From an uncultured bacterium (GTDB lineage: Bacteria > Babelota > Babeliae > Babelales > Vermiphilaceae): a stretch of DNA of 64,000 nucleotides. Under the pieces are notes generated by a model. The model had not been told where the DNA came from. It searched no databases and worked only from the letters and a program-made list of their open reading frames with translations. Of the stretch, positions 20,901-29,945 are shown one piece after another. Numbering within the stretch: position 1 is the first letter of the stretch; each line of letters begins with the position of its first letter. The stretch is from the NCBI GenBank assembly GCA_963707655.1, contig OY970172.1:672001-736000 (forward strand), given 5' to 3'. Made by a program: the position numbers and the translations under genes.

Positions 20901-21511
20901 TCGGGCTTAATTCCTTGCTGTATTGGCTGCTTGCATTAGTAGTGGGTATCGGTTGGATCATTAAAGACCCGGTGAGCGATTTTGTTTCCTATTTTATTAT
21001 CTTGGTACAGCGCCCCATTAAGGTGGGCGATTTAATACGGCTTGAAGAAGAGGGAGCTCCTGGTGTGGTTCGTCGCATCACGCCACGATCGGTATTAATG
21101 AGACGCAGAAACAGCACTACCGTTATTGTTCCAAACTCGGTAATAATCAATAAAAACATTATTAACTGGAACTATACGCGCGACTTTATCGCTTTTGATG
21201 ATATTTTGATTACCATATCGTATGAATCTGACGCAATTTTAGCACAGCGCATTTTTCTCTCTGTATTGAGCGAAAACCCTTACATTTTGAAAAACCCAAA
21301 ACCTGTCGTGCGTCTTGATGACTTTAGTGAAAACGGTTATGTGTTTATGGTCCGCGGCTTTTTGAGTTCAAATTATACGCTCGACCAATGGGATATTGCC
21401 AGCGATGTGCGTCTTTCTATGATTCGCATACTCAAAGAGGCCGGCATTGAAGTGGCGGTACCTATGCGCAGGCTTATTTCTGCCGACAATCAGCTTAACG
21501 AGAATAAATAA
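17933..21511 (+). CDS. Large mechanosensitive channel, MscS family (MscK-like)
   Basis: Signal peptide, long coiled coil, many TMs, C-terminal RPIKVGD, IVPNS, INW, NPKP.V. Confidence 0.88.
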   Translation: MKKLLHGIICLLAAFGHRMHADPIAELEKLGKHLLPASASVSTQDQKKIFTSNVESKQAMLANYQAEKKRLEEENRTNAPAITTELEETLSKIRVTEEVLRKDPDNEFLKRKKTLLSEKYYVLKEYQQAFEQQRHLIDQIIKNLTNYLADPENKKFIEQFHEKKKTFEELQVIYQKAIEEEKSLESLNDQEKNAISELDNRKRAANADNALYQQHKELLESERPVPEGMTRAEGGELWQLQEHLFTDKKRVDELKFEEIKLKLELIRLKMFIARVQRDTLRDTFRDMTSEVQVSEADVTNVKEDLEKKRQQFYTNVRSVDYAIEQSSNDLKMHKQELEILAKRYNIILDADLDKWSKEPKQLVSSYVGICEVGLENDIVLALYRKKDYLKSLIHKENEKIKQEETLLKIKETFHKIRFAKFSAKELDQELKNYDLIKAGIRAHISLYNERKNMATELLEVQKRALENIDQLRNDIKNTLKDTLFKDYSRDYTHCLELITNAIERIRAQIDLINKTMATYTDIIFLLSSTSKQIDFIVLELNSTTIWYRPQYAISWEGLMRIIPDVERFASDLTSYFSQVKPVVLLNAFKNSIKNPLSLFISFLLLLVMILLLLLAKIMLPSALHRIQVAAQTRAYVYTLYMFLVALGRFLLIHFNGIAVWLVMYGSFKLQIIDNPYLYSLFYLISIPYLLYLAHQFISYFASFNQEHGYLFLSKDFEFRFTLMFSALLYVTIILYFFKEAFMLGNYRRSELPSVLVALNFIFIQVVLIALIPKNQIVNLIPTHDIWGWIHEQINRYYYLVILCIVTIIVMSNPYVGFGRLVAYVIWRILYTIIVVIILLWLHRLIKRFCAYFFFVEEDDVQRERFAHAKSWYGFAVILLFLFFIFLGLIILAKVWGWPEQLAKISHIRDIVHGLQHPFTNVDQKPVSVWTILRLIFFILGGLGVSFAFNRFVMGKIFDILLIEPGIQNTISSITYYLCFVLSVIIGFNVVGLNSLLYWLLALVVGIGWIIKDPVSDFVSYFIILVQRPIKVGDLIRLEEEGAPGVVRRITPRSVLMRRRNSTTVIVPNSVIINKNIINWNYTRDFIAFDDILITISYESDAILAQRIFLSVLSENPYILKNPKPVVRLDDFSENGYVFMVRGFLSSNYTLDQWDIASDVRLSMIRILKEAGIEVAVPMRRLISADNQLNENK

Positions 21512-22734
21512 TCAGGATACGTAGCTCTATCTTTATTGCGTGTGTCTTGTAGTGCCTGGGCGTAGCCAGCCACCTGGCTTCCTATGCCTTCAGGATACAT
21601 GCTGTACGGCTTGCTCTTAGAATAGTGATGAGTGTATTGCATGATTAAGCTTAGCGCGCTGATGCTCAGACTTGCCATCGACAAGGCATTGTTTTTAACA
21701 TGTTCTTTAATAAAGCTTTTCCACGAAGACTCAAATAATTTTTTATTGCGCATTATTTCATCCAATGCATTTCTAAAATCTTGCTGACACGGATGCGCCT
21801 CATCACGCACCGCTGCATACGCGAGCATTTCTTGTGTTAACTCTTTGATTTCCCGTGCAGAGAAGCCATCAATCTTGTGCGCCATCATCTTGACCATCTC
21901 AGGGTCAATGCTATTGGCTGCATAAAAACTTATTATTTTTTCTCGCATTGCTCTATGGGGAAGATCGATGGCAACAATATGATTGCTGAATCGGCTTTTT
22001 AATGCATCGGGAATATTTTCTAGGCTGTTGGTGGTGCCTATGAAGAGTATGTTTTTATGAGACGAGCATTCATCAATCAATTGCCATAAAGCAACGGCAA
22101 CATCTTGATCGGCTCGTTGATCGTTCTTTTTTTTATCAATAAGACAATGAATTTCATCCAAAATAATCACATAGGGCTGGCTACTATTTTTGATAGAGGT
22201 AATAATGCGCTTCAGGTTTTGAGCGCCGGAATTTTGATACTCGGTAGCTAAAAGAGATGATTGCAGAAAGATAAAGGGGCGCCCAATTTTTTGCGCAATT
22301 GCTTTTGCTATATCAGATTTGCCAACGCCCGGCGGACCAACGAGCAGGAGCTTATCGGTTATTAATAAAGAGCGCAATGCCGGCAACGCATGGGGTGCAC
22401 GTTGAAAACGTTCGATAATGGTTTTAATCCGTGCAGGGCAATCCTGCAATAAATAGGCAACCAATGTATCGTCCAGTCTATCTTCTTGGGGCAATGCATC
22501 AGAAAATTGATCCGCTGATTGCGTGCCTACTGAAGATGACCAAAACAGCTCTTGCGGTATGTCTATGGAGGTAGGAAAACCCTTTTTTCCGGCACCTTCT
22601 AACATTTCTTCAAATGTCTTGTCGCTCATCATATAATTGTCATCAGACAACTCAGGCTGCTCATTTTCTGCGTACATGCCTATGCTGAACAGGCAGATGT
22701 TTAATAAAAATAGCTGATACAAAAGTTTGTTCAT
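21490..22734 (-). CDS. AAA+ ATPase with signal peptide and C-terminal hydrophobic helix
   Basis: GPPGVGKS, IILDE, GTTN...ALKSRF, GFSAREI. Confidence 0.88.
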   Translation of the reverse strand: MNKLLYQLFLLNICLFSIGMYAENEQPELSDDNYMMSDKTFEEMLEGAGKKGFPTSIDIPQELFWSSSVGTQSADQFSDALPQEDRLDDTLVAYLLQDCPARIKTIIERFQRAPHALPALRSLLITDKLLLVGPPGVGKSDIAKAIAQKIGRPFIFLQSSLLATEYQNSGAQNLKRIITSIKNSSQPYVIILDEIHCLIDKKKNDQRADQDVAVALWQLIDECSSHKNILFIGTTNSLENIPDALKSRFSNHIVAIDLPHRAMREKIISFYAANSIDPEMVKMMAHKIDGFSAREIKELTQEMLAYAAVRDEAHPCQQDFRNALDEIMRNKKLFESSWKSFIKEHVKNNALSMASLSISALSLIMQYTHHYSKSKPYSMYPEGIGSQVAGYAQALQDTRNKDRATYPDYLFSLS

Positions 22735-22768
22735 GTGAATGTTTTCGGAGTCTTATTTAAATGAATCT

Positions 22769-24220
22769 TTAAGCAGTTTTTTCTTCTTTGGGCGCGCGTT
22801 TGCAATAACGATATATAAAATAACCACCCACACCTACCGCAACAGGCACCCCAACGACTACCGCTGTTGGCGCTGCAGCGACGCTTGCTCCCACCCCAAC
22901 AAGTGTCGCTTTAAGGCCTCCAAGAAGAGTTGCTGCCGTCACTGTTTGTCCGGTAGCCACCGTCGCTACTACAGCAGTTGTTTCAAGCCCTGCGGCTGTC
23001 GACGCCCCAGAAGCGGCTGTTAGAGCAGCAGCTTCCGCAATTTTATCAATTGCATCTTTGTGTTCTCCAGCTTTCTCACAAACCACTTTCCCTGTGCTAA
23101 AAAGCCATTGCCCACCAGAAAGGATCATTGAACCGGCTGAGAGCAACAGACCATATGTTGCTGGATTAGCTGCAATAGGATGATCATTATAAAAGCGCTT
23201 CTCCCAAGATTCGCTTTCCTGTTTTTCGGAAGGGCTGTCTATTTTTAAAATTTGAACTGCGTGCTGTATTACTCCAGGTGTTAATTCAACGTGGTGATCA
23301 CATATTAGGCTTCTAATTCTTTTTGATAAAAATTCGAGATCGCGATGCGAGCAATCGTTGCATTCACGCGCAATAGTCGCAATGAGTTGTTCATTAATAG
23401 TGCCTTCTTTAAGTTCATCTGCCATACGAAATTTTATACTTTTTTCTTTTTCTTCTTGATTGGGTAACCCAATAGTAATTGTATGACTTGCAACCCTGCT
23501 GCGTAGCGTGTCTGGGAGATTATCAGTGCTATTGGCAGTGAAAATAAAGAAAAGATTTACGTTATCCAAAGCATTATCTATAGAAGTCCCAAGTGCAAGT
23601 CCTGTATCCTGCTTGTGAATTTTTTTGATGTCACTAAAGCCATGGAGTTCATCTAAAATAACAACGGCAAAATCTTTATTCATGGCCTGCGCTTTTTCGA
23701 TGGACCTTTGTAGATTTGCTTCAGCTGAATTTTGGTATTCATTACCAAGCGATGCTCCTTGGAGAAAAACAAAAGGCGCGTTTATTTCTTGCGCGATAGC
23801 CTTCGCAATATGTGATTTGCCCCCTCCCGGAGGTCCAACCAATAATATAGCCGAGGTCATGAGATGCTTCTTTTTTGTTTTAACATCTGTGGATTTGTAT
23901 TTTTTAATATTTTTTACAGTGTCACGTAAATTTTTAGGACAGGTTTCTATGAGAAAATCAGCGTATTCTTGATCAAGGCAACCATCGCACAGCGGCTCGT
24001 CTTTCTTCTTGTCGGTCTCGCTTTCTCCGTTTATTTCTTCGTAAAAATCTTCTTCTTCCGCATATTCTGCGGTATCTCTTTTGGGGAAAAGATGCGCTTG
24101 CAAACTCTCATCGCTATACGCATTATCGTGCGCAGGGTTCTTGACGAACTCGGGTGTGATGGCATTAAGTTGTGCGAGCATCAGAACAATGGTTAAGATA
24201 CTGTAACGAATAATTTTCAT
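22769..24220 (-). CDS. AAA+ ATPase with signal peptide and C-terminal hydrophobic segments
   Basis: GPPGGGKS, VILDE, TAN...TLRSR; Ala/Gly/Val-rich TM tail. Confidence 0.88.
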   Translation of the reverse strand: MKIIRYSILTIVLMLAQLNAITPEFVKNPAHDNAYSDESLQAHLFPKRDTAEYAEEEDFYEEINGESETDKKKDEPLCDGCLDQEYADFLIETCPKNLRDTVKNIKKYKSTDVKTKKKHLMTSAILLVGPPGGGKSHIAKAIAQEINAPFVFLQGASLGNEYQNSAEANLQRSIEKAQAMNKDFAVVILDELHGFSDIKKIHKQDTGLALGTSIDNALDNVNLFFIFTANSTDNLPDTLRSRVASHTITIGLPNQEEKEKSIKFRMADELKEGTINEQLIATIARECNDCSHRDLEFLSKRIRSLICDHHVELTPGVIQHAVQILKIDSPSEKQESESWEKRFYNDHPIAANPATYGLLLSAGSMILSGGQWLFSTGKVVCEKAGEHKDAIDKIAEAAALTAASGASTAAGLETTAVVATVATGQTVTAATLLGGLKATLVGVGASVAAAPTAVVVGVPVAVGVGGYFIYRYCKRAPKEEKTA

Positions 24221-24272
24221 TATAATTCCTTCTTGTTAATAATGAAATGTGCTGATAAGTTCAATGTTTTAT

Positions 24273-25406
24273 TTATTGAGTAATGGGCGCGGCTATGGCA
24301 ATTTGTTGCTGGTCCTCGGGCTCTGTTGGTTTTTTGTTTTTTTCCACTTCTTCTTTTTTCTTTTTCACATTTGTTCTCTCTGCCGCCGCATAGCCGATAT
24401 TGTACATAGCAAGAGAATTTCCCAAGGCCCCCACAAAAGGCATTACTGCTGGATGATTTCTGCAAAATCGCTGCTGCCAATTTTCCTTTTTTCCGTGCCG
24501 TGCATTGTTAAAGGCTTTGATGTCATTGTCAAAAGCTTCGACTTGTCTCGCTACGCACTCATCAAAAGCTTCTGCCGGCTCATCAAGAAAATCCTCCACC
24601 CAGCGAGACAACGCGGCTAAATGTTCATAGGAAAAATTTTTGGTTTTTTTCGCCAAGGACAGAATAAATTTTTCATTGATCATCTTGTTTTCCGGGGCAT
24701 CTTTAAAAAAGATGTTGAAAGCTTCTACACGCGCCTCTTGGCTAGGATATGTTATGGCAACATGCTGGCGGTTGAGTCGACTCGTTACGCGGGGAGGAAA
24801 ATTTGCCATGTCATAGGTTGTGCAAATAAGAAAAATATTATTGCAAGCGCATCGATCGATAAAACTGCACAAAGGATATTGCGCATGCTCATTGTTCTCT
24901 AAAAGATGATCCATATTGTTCAAAATAATTATTAGTTGCTCATTGCGCTTTTTAGCGGCCCGCGCAAAACATTCTAAATAAGGTTCGCACGCGCTGAAAA
25001 CATATGATTCTATTTGAAGAACGCGAGCCTTCATGTGTTGAGCAATCGCTTTTGCCAAGTCCGCTCTGTCGCTCCCCGTTGGGCCAGTAAGCAAAAGAGT
25101 TCGATCCAAAAAACGTTTTCTGTCCTTTTCGTTATTTCTTGCTTCCATAGCTTCAAAATGTTGTAACAACTCTTTTACTTCTGCGGGACTATATTTTATG
25201 AGAAAGTCTGCATATTCGCTATCTAAACGGCGACTTCGGTTTTTTAATGACTCGTTTATGATGCGAATCTCTTCCTGCTTTTGTGCAATTCTTTGCTGCT
25301 CAGTCAGCTCTACCGGTATATAGGAAGCCTTTGTTTTATGCGACGCTTGCACGTGCAATGAATATATGCTCAAAAAAATCAAGAGATAATAGCTCGTATG
25401 CTTCAT
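24273..25406 (-). CDS. Degenerate AAA+ ATPase paralog with signal peptide
   Basis: Walker A GPTGSDRA (no GK), Walker B ILNNMD; shares LDSEYADFLI and WQQRFCRNHP blocks with neighbour. Confidence 0.75.
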   Translation of the reverse strand: MKHTSYYLLIFLSIYSLHVQASHKTKASYIPVELTEQQRIAQKQEEIRIINESLKNRSRRLDSEYADFLIKYSPAEVKELLQHFEAMEARNNEKDRKRFLDRTLLLTGPTGSDRADLAKAIAQHMKARVLQIESYVFSACEPYLECFARAAKKRNEQLIIILNNMDHLLENNEHAQYPLCSFIDRCACNNIFLICTTYDMANFPPRVTSRLNRQHVAITYPSQEARVEAFNIFFKDAPENKMINEKFILSLAKKTKNFSYEHLAALSRWVEDFLDEPAEAFDECVARQVEAFDNDIKAFNNARHGKKENWQQRFCRNHPAVMPFVGALGNSLAMYNIGYAAAERTNVKKKKEEVEKNKKPTEPEDQQQIAIAAPITQ

Positions 25407-25653
25407 GAATTCTTTCTGCTTTATTGTCTTTTAAAAATTGACAAATGAAATATTGTTAAGATATGTTTTTTCTGTTCTTTTTTAAAATGATAAAAAATCA
25501 GATTTCAAATTATCCTATTTTCTGCTTTTGTCAAAGCAAACGAGCCAAAAAAGTGAAATAAAAAAATAATATTTTTTTATTATATACGTGGATAATTCGC
25601 CAAAAACAGCTATTTTTTATCTTATTTGATACATTGCAAAATCTTTTTGTCCG

Positions 25654-25682
25654 TTGATTTTAAAATTAGATTTTTTTATACT
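25654..25682 (+). promoter_or_regulatory. Putative sigma70 promoter of toxin locus
   Basis: TTGATT-17 nt-TATACT in AT-rich divergent intergenic region. Confidence 0.45.
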
Positions 25683-25717
25683 GCGATGAGCTTTTTTTAT
25701 GCAACCGATTATCAACC

Positions 25718-27772
25718 ATGAGGAATGTATTAATGAATTTGAGACATTGGTCACTGATAGTATTGTTTATTACTGCCTGTGCGCAGGGGAAAAGAGAATA
25801 TGATGGTTTGTTTATTTCTGCCATTCCTCAACACTGTGTTATAGAGCAAACGTCCCCACTGCCATTACCGTTGCCATTGTATGTGCATGATCTTGCATTT
25901 GGTCCGGGGATTACTCATAGTGTTGACGGTACCGCATTAATTCAGACGTATATAAGCGCAGATCAACAAGCATTATTCAACAAACAGCCGCGAATCAGCG
26001 TAGACTTCAAATCTGAAATGTTAGGCCTACCTCTATTTGTGGGCGCGTCTCCTGCTTCGATAATAAATTTATGCATGGATATTGCTCGATGGATAAAGAC
26101 AACGTTAGCGACACTCAATCGATTACCCAACAATTGCGGTACTTTTAATGCAAATGCGTGGGCTTCTTTTTGTATCAATGAAAGAAGACTTTCTTATCCA
26201 TTTAATAATGCCGAGAGCAGCTATTTTAATGTTTTCACTCCTGAAATTAGAATGAGCTTATTGCATGATTATGCATTATATGAATACTCTGGCTACATAG
26301 ATTTTCTTAAATCATTTCCCGAATTTGAAGCTTTTGTAGAGCGTTTGCACGCTGATCAGGCACGTTTTAACATGTCGCTCGATTATCATGAGGTGAGTGA
26401 AAAAAAGCAACAGATAATCAAAAATGTCGTAGCCAATTTATCCGCACAAATCAAGGAAAAGCGCGCTGCCGAATTTGAAGCTAAAGAGGCTGAACGCATC
26501 GCTTTGATGGAAAAAACGCGTGAAGACAAGATAGTGAAAGAGGAATTGATATATCACTATAACCGCTATGCAGAAATAGCGCAGAACAATCCCGACGCAC
26601 CTGCCCGTTGGTCGGATTACAGAGCAATCATTGGCAACTTTCTCGATGGCAATGATAAGGCAACTTACACAGAAACATTTTCTGTTGATCAGCAAGGCGT
26701 GGCTCTTTTGAGCACAAAAGCGATTCCGGTTGAGCTTTTCGGGCAATGTACCGGCAACAATATGCAGCAGTTTTTACATCGCGGTTTTCTTGATTTGCTC
26801 GCACAAGCAGCCGATATAGATGAAAAAGATCTGCAATCATTGTTAGTTGATGGTGTTATTGTGGGGCAAGAGTTTAATCATGCCGGATACACCCATAAAG
26901 CCTTTAGTATAGCCAATTTTTGCCATACGCTTGTTGAACATTCGAAAGGGTTAGTGGAAGGGGCTTGGCACAGCGTTTGTAATGTGGCACATGCAGCATG
27001 CCATCCGATAAAAACAGCGCAAGCGATTAAAAATGGTGCTATTGCTATTGGCAAAGATCTGGATGAATTATTTAGGCACTTTAACAAGACAATCGATTAC
27101 CTGGACACGGTAAAAATTACTCTTCTTACCGATCGCACCCTAGCGAAACAAATGACCAAAGTCTTTCTTGAAGAAGAAGGAGTATATTGGAAGATGATGG
27201 GCGCTGCATTTCGCGATCGTTTAATCGCTTACGCAAAATTGACCGATCGTGAGCGCGGCAAATTGGTTGGCCGTCTGGCGATGGATAATTATCTTTTTGG
27301 CCGCGCATTATACTTATCGTCCCACATAAGCACATTCACAAAAACAAGAATATTTAAAGCGTTTAAAGCAGCAAAATCAGCACAGACGGCAGAAGAAATT
27401 GCGCTCGCAACCGCCGAAGGGATAGAAGTACCGCTTGGAAAAGCAGCTTCAGAGAATGTTCTTGCTCAGGAAATTGCGCAAACTGGAAAAATAGATCTGA
27501 ACTATCTTACAAATCAATCTGGTGAGGCTATTTTAAAAAATGGCTATTATGAGATTAATGGATTTAAGTTTAGTGAGCGTTACTACAAGCGTCTTTGGGA
27601 TAGCGGCAGACCTGCCCCTTCGTTAATAGCGAAATTGATATTAGAAAGCCCTGAAGTTGTTGTAGCTGACCAATTCAAGCAAGGGTTTTATAAGTACGTA
27701 GCGGATGGCTGGGAAATGGTTTATAATCCTTCCACAAAAGAAGTATGGCATTTACAACCTATAAGGGGATAA
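25718..27772 (+). CDS. Putative polymorphic toxin (signal peptide, helical pre-toxin region, small C-terminal toxin-like domain)
   Basis: GLVEGAW...HPIKTAQAI helical segment, LATAEG linker, compact C-terminal domain YYKRLWDSGRPAP...GWEMVYNPSTKEVWHLQP; small ORF 3 nt downstream. Confidence 0.6.
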   Translation: MRNVLMNLRHWSLIVLFITACAQGKREYDGLFISAIPQHCVIEQTSPLPLPLPLYVHDLAFGPGITHSVDGTALIQTYISADQQALFNKQPRISVDFKSEMLGLPLFVGASPASIINLCMDIARWIKTTLATLNRLPNNCGTFNANAWASFCINERRLSYPFNNAESSYFNVFTPEIRMSLLHDYALYEYSGYIDFLKSFPEFEAFVERLHADQARFNMSLDYHEVSEKKQQIIKNVVANLSAQIKEKRAAEFEAKEAERIALMEKTREDKIVKEELIYHYNRYAEIAQNNPDAPARWSDYRAIIGNFLDGNDKATYTETFSVDQQGVALLSTKAIPVELFGQCTGNNMQQFLHRGFLDLLAQAADIDEKDLQSLLVDGVIVGQEFNHAGYTHKAFSIANFCHTLVEHSKGLVEGAWHSVCNVAHAACHPIKTAQAIKNGAIAIGKDLDELFRHFNKTIDYLDTVKITLLTDRTLAKQMTKVFLEEEGVYWKMMGAAFRDRLIAYAKLTDRERGKLVGRLAMDNYLFGRALYLSSHISTFTKTRIFKAFKAAKSAQTAEEIALATAEGIEVPLGKAASENVLAQEIAQTGKIDLNYLTNQSGEAILKNGYYEINGFKFSERYYKRLWDSGRPAPSLIAKLILESPEVVVADQFKQGFYKYVADGWEMVYNPSTKEVWHLQPIRG

Positions 27773-27775
27773 TGT

Positions 27776-28129
27776 ATGAAAAATTTATTGATCGATGAAA
27801 GACAATTAGAAGAACAATTAAGAGAAATAGAAGAGAATGGCCAATTTTTAGCGGAGAAGCTTTTATCATTAAGCCGAGAAATTAAATATATTTTGTCCCA
27901 AATAAAATTATCTGAGAATGCAACAACTGCAGGTAAATACTTTGATTTATTACAAAAAACTCAAGTGGCGCTAGCAAAGCTTATGTACGTCAGCAAAATA
28001 GGGATACCTGATCCTTTATGTTGGTTTGTTCGTGATTTTGAGCGCATTGATGATAATGAATTACGCAATTATATTTTTAACAAAATTAAAAACGATGAAT
28101 ATTCTTTTGGCAAAAAATTGAATGGCTAA
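27776..28129 (+). CDS. Putative immunity protein
   Basis: 117-aa AT-rich ORF tightly coupled to the toxin-like gene, no signal peptide. Confidence 0.55.
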   Translation: MKNLLIDERQLEEQLREIEENGQFLAEKLLSLSREIKYILSQIKLSENATTAGKYFDLLQKTQVALAKLMYVSKIGIPDPLCWFVRDFERIDDNELRNYIFNKIKNDEYSFGKKLNG

Positions 28130-28230
28130 ATCAATGCGCTTCAATGATGTATTGGATTTAGAGTTGTATTAAGTTTGAAACAAAACTTTATTGCAGGCAA
28201 GGCGGCACACGCTTCACAAGTCCAAGTAAA

Positions 28231-28277
28231 AAAGCAAATTATCATTTCGCTCAACGAACACAATGATAATTTGCTTT
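28231..28277. terminator. Stem-loop/terminator, copy 1 of a duplicated ~70-bp element
   Basis: AAAGCAAATTATCATT...AATGATAATTTGCTTT inverted repeat between convergent genes. Confidence 0.65.
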
Positions 28278-28305
28278 GAATAATTTTAAATGTTTGTTAG
28301 TTAAC

Positions 28306-29181
28306 TCAATCCAAACCTGCCGGCATATCAACAATCTGGGTTTCCCCTGGCGATGTAGGATCTTCAAGAGTGCATGTTATCCAATTATTATACCCACGCA
28401 CCATCAGGTTCTCTAGCTTTATTATGGACCCTTGGGTAGAAAATACAACCGATCGAGTACATTTGCCAAGCTCAACCAAAGGATCGCGGCTACCATCCCA
28501 GTGTAGACTAAGATCGTCGGTAATATCATAAACCGCTATTTCACGCATAGTTTTCTCTTTATTTTCTTGGGCACAGATCAGCTTATTTTTAGAGTGTGCC
28601 CAGATTGCCGCCAACACTTTAATTGACGAAACAGGACCATCGAAGGGGCCAACCACAATCCATTTGTCAGTATGTGTATCTACACAGATAAGCTTTGCAC
28701 ATGCATCAGCTTTTGCCTCACCAGCGTCTTTTTTCTTATCAAAAACCGCCGCTGCGTAACGGCTATCATGGCTCCATATAATTGGATCGCGCCATGAACC
28801 GTTATCTCGAAGTATAGCAAAATCTTCGCGAACTGATGTTACTTTGCCTTCTAGCAAGGGGTTAAGTCGCCACAACTGCAGCGAATTACTCTCATAACCT
28901 CTTCCCCTTGCGACAAAGCCATTAGTAACGCCAATAACGCTTTGCTTATCAGGGCTTTCTGAGATAAAACTGCGCGGGATGCGCAGAGGGTAATAGAGTA
29001 GATCGTCTTCGGATTGAGCAGCAGAGGCCGCCTTTACAAAAGCTAGATCACTGCATTTAAAAGCTACATTGCCATCTTTAGAGAAGAGGTCGCCATCCGG
29101 ATCAAGATCTTCTGCGGCAAAATTAGATAAAATTGACACGAGTGCTGCTAAAAATAAGCATCGGTGAAGCTGCATGGACAT
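28306..29181 (-). CDS. Hypothetical exported beta-rich protein (partial propeller-like)
   Basis: Signal peptide; SPDKQ, WSHDSRY, WAHSKNK blade-like motifs. Confidence 0.6.
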   Translation of the reverse strand: MSMQLHRCLFLAALVSILSNFAAEDLDPDGDLFSKDGNVAFKCSDLAFVKAASAAQSEDDLLYYPLRIPRSFISESPDKQSVIGVTNGFVARGRGYESNSLQLWRLNPLLEGKVTSVREDFAILRDNGSWRDPIIWSHDSRYAAAVFDKKKDAGEAKADACAKLICVDTHTDKWIVVGPFDGPVSSIKVLAAIWAHSKNKLICAQENKEKTMREIAVYDITDDLSLHWDGSRDPLVELGKCTRSVVFSTQGSIIKLENLMVRGYNNWITCTLEDPTSPGETQIVDMPAGLD

Positions 29182-29300
29182 CCTTTTTTTATCGATTTCA
29201 TTGTTTCAACATTAATGGCTGTTAAACTAGCACACAATCGCCCTTCTTGGCAAGACCACATGCGGCTATCAATGCATGGGTTTCAAGAATGCACATAAGA

Positions 29301-29345
29301 AAAGCCAATTATCTTTTGCCCAATGAACAAAAAACAATTGGCTTT
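29301..29345 (-). terminator. Stem-loop/terminator, copy 2
   Basis: AAAGCCAATT...AATTGGCTTT downstream of FKBP gene; similar to 28231 element. Confidence 0.55.
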
Positions 29346-29364
29346 AAATAACTTTAAATATTTT

Positions 29365-29811
29365 TTAGCTGACGCTGATTAATTCAACGTCAAAAATAAG
29401 GTCCGCTCCTGGTGGTATTAAAGCGCCGGCACCATACACGCCATAGCCTAATTTTGAAGGGATATAAAGACGGCGTTTTTCCCCAATCTTCATAGACATA
29501 ACCCCTTCATCCCACCCTTTAATAACTTGACCTTGGCCAATGATGAAGACGAATGGGCGTCCGCGAGAAATGCTGCTATCAAATTGTGATCCTTTTTCAC
29601 CTTTGTTATTTAACCAACCAGTATAGTGCACGGTAACATGTTGGCCTTTGCGGGGTGATTCTCCTGAGCCGGCTTGAAGAATGTCATATTCCAAACCGGA
29701 ATCTGTTTTAATACGGTTCATTTTGTTCCCTGTATGATGATGAGACGGTGCGTCAGCCAGCAGTGATCCTGTTGACAGTACCAAACTATATACAATTAAT
29801 AATCGTTTCAT
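29365..29811 (-). CDS. FKBP-type peptidyl-prolyl cis-trans isomerase
   Basis: VTVHYTGWL, FDSS, GQVIKGWDEG, LGYG..GAG..IPP...LIFDVEL; signal peptide. Confidence 0.95.
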   Translation of the reverse strand: MKRLLIVYSLVLSTGSLLADAPSHHHTGNKMNRIKTDSGLEYDILQAGSGESPRKGQHVTVHYTGWLNNKGEKGSQFDSSISRGRPFVFIIGQGQVIKGWDEGVMSMKIGEKRRLYIPSKLGYGVYGAGALIPPGADLIFDVELISVS

Positions 29812-29945
29812 TAGTATATCCTTTATAAAAAAAATTATATCAGCTAAAGCCTAATAAAAAACAATTTTTTTACAACAAAAAAAGTTATTTCTTCCATGCG
29901 AAGCACAACTTCACACGACAGATAAAAATTGATTGAAAGGAGTGT

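Noticed and set aside
21490..29181. Prophage or integrative element
   Set aside because: No integrase, transposase or phage structural genes recognised
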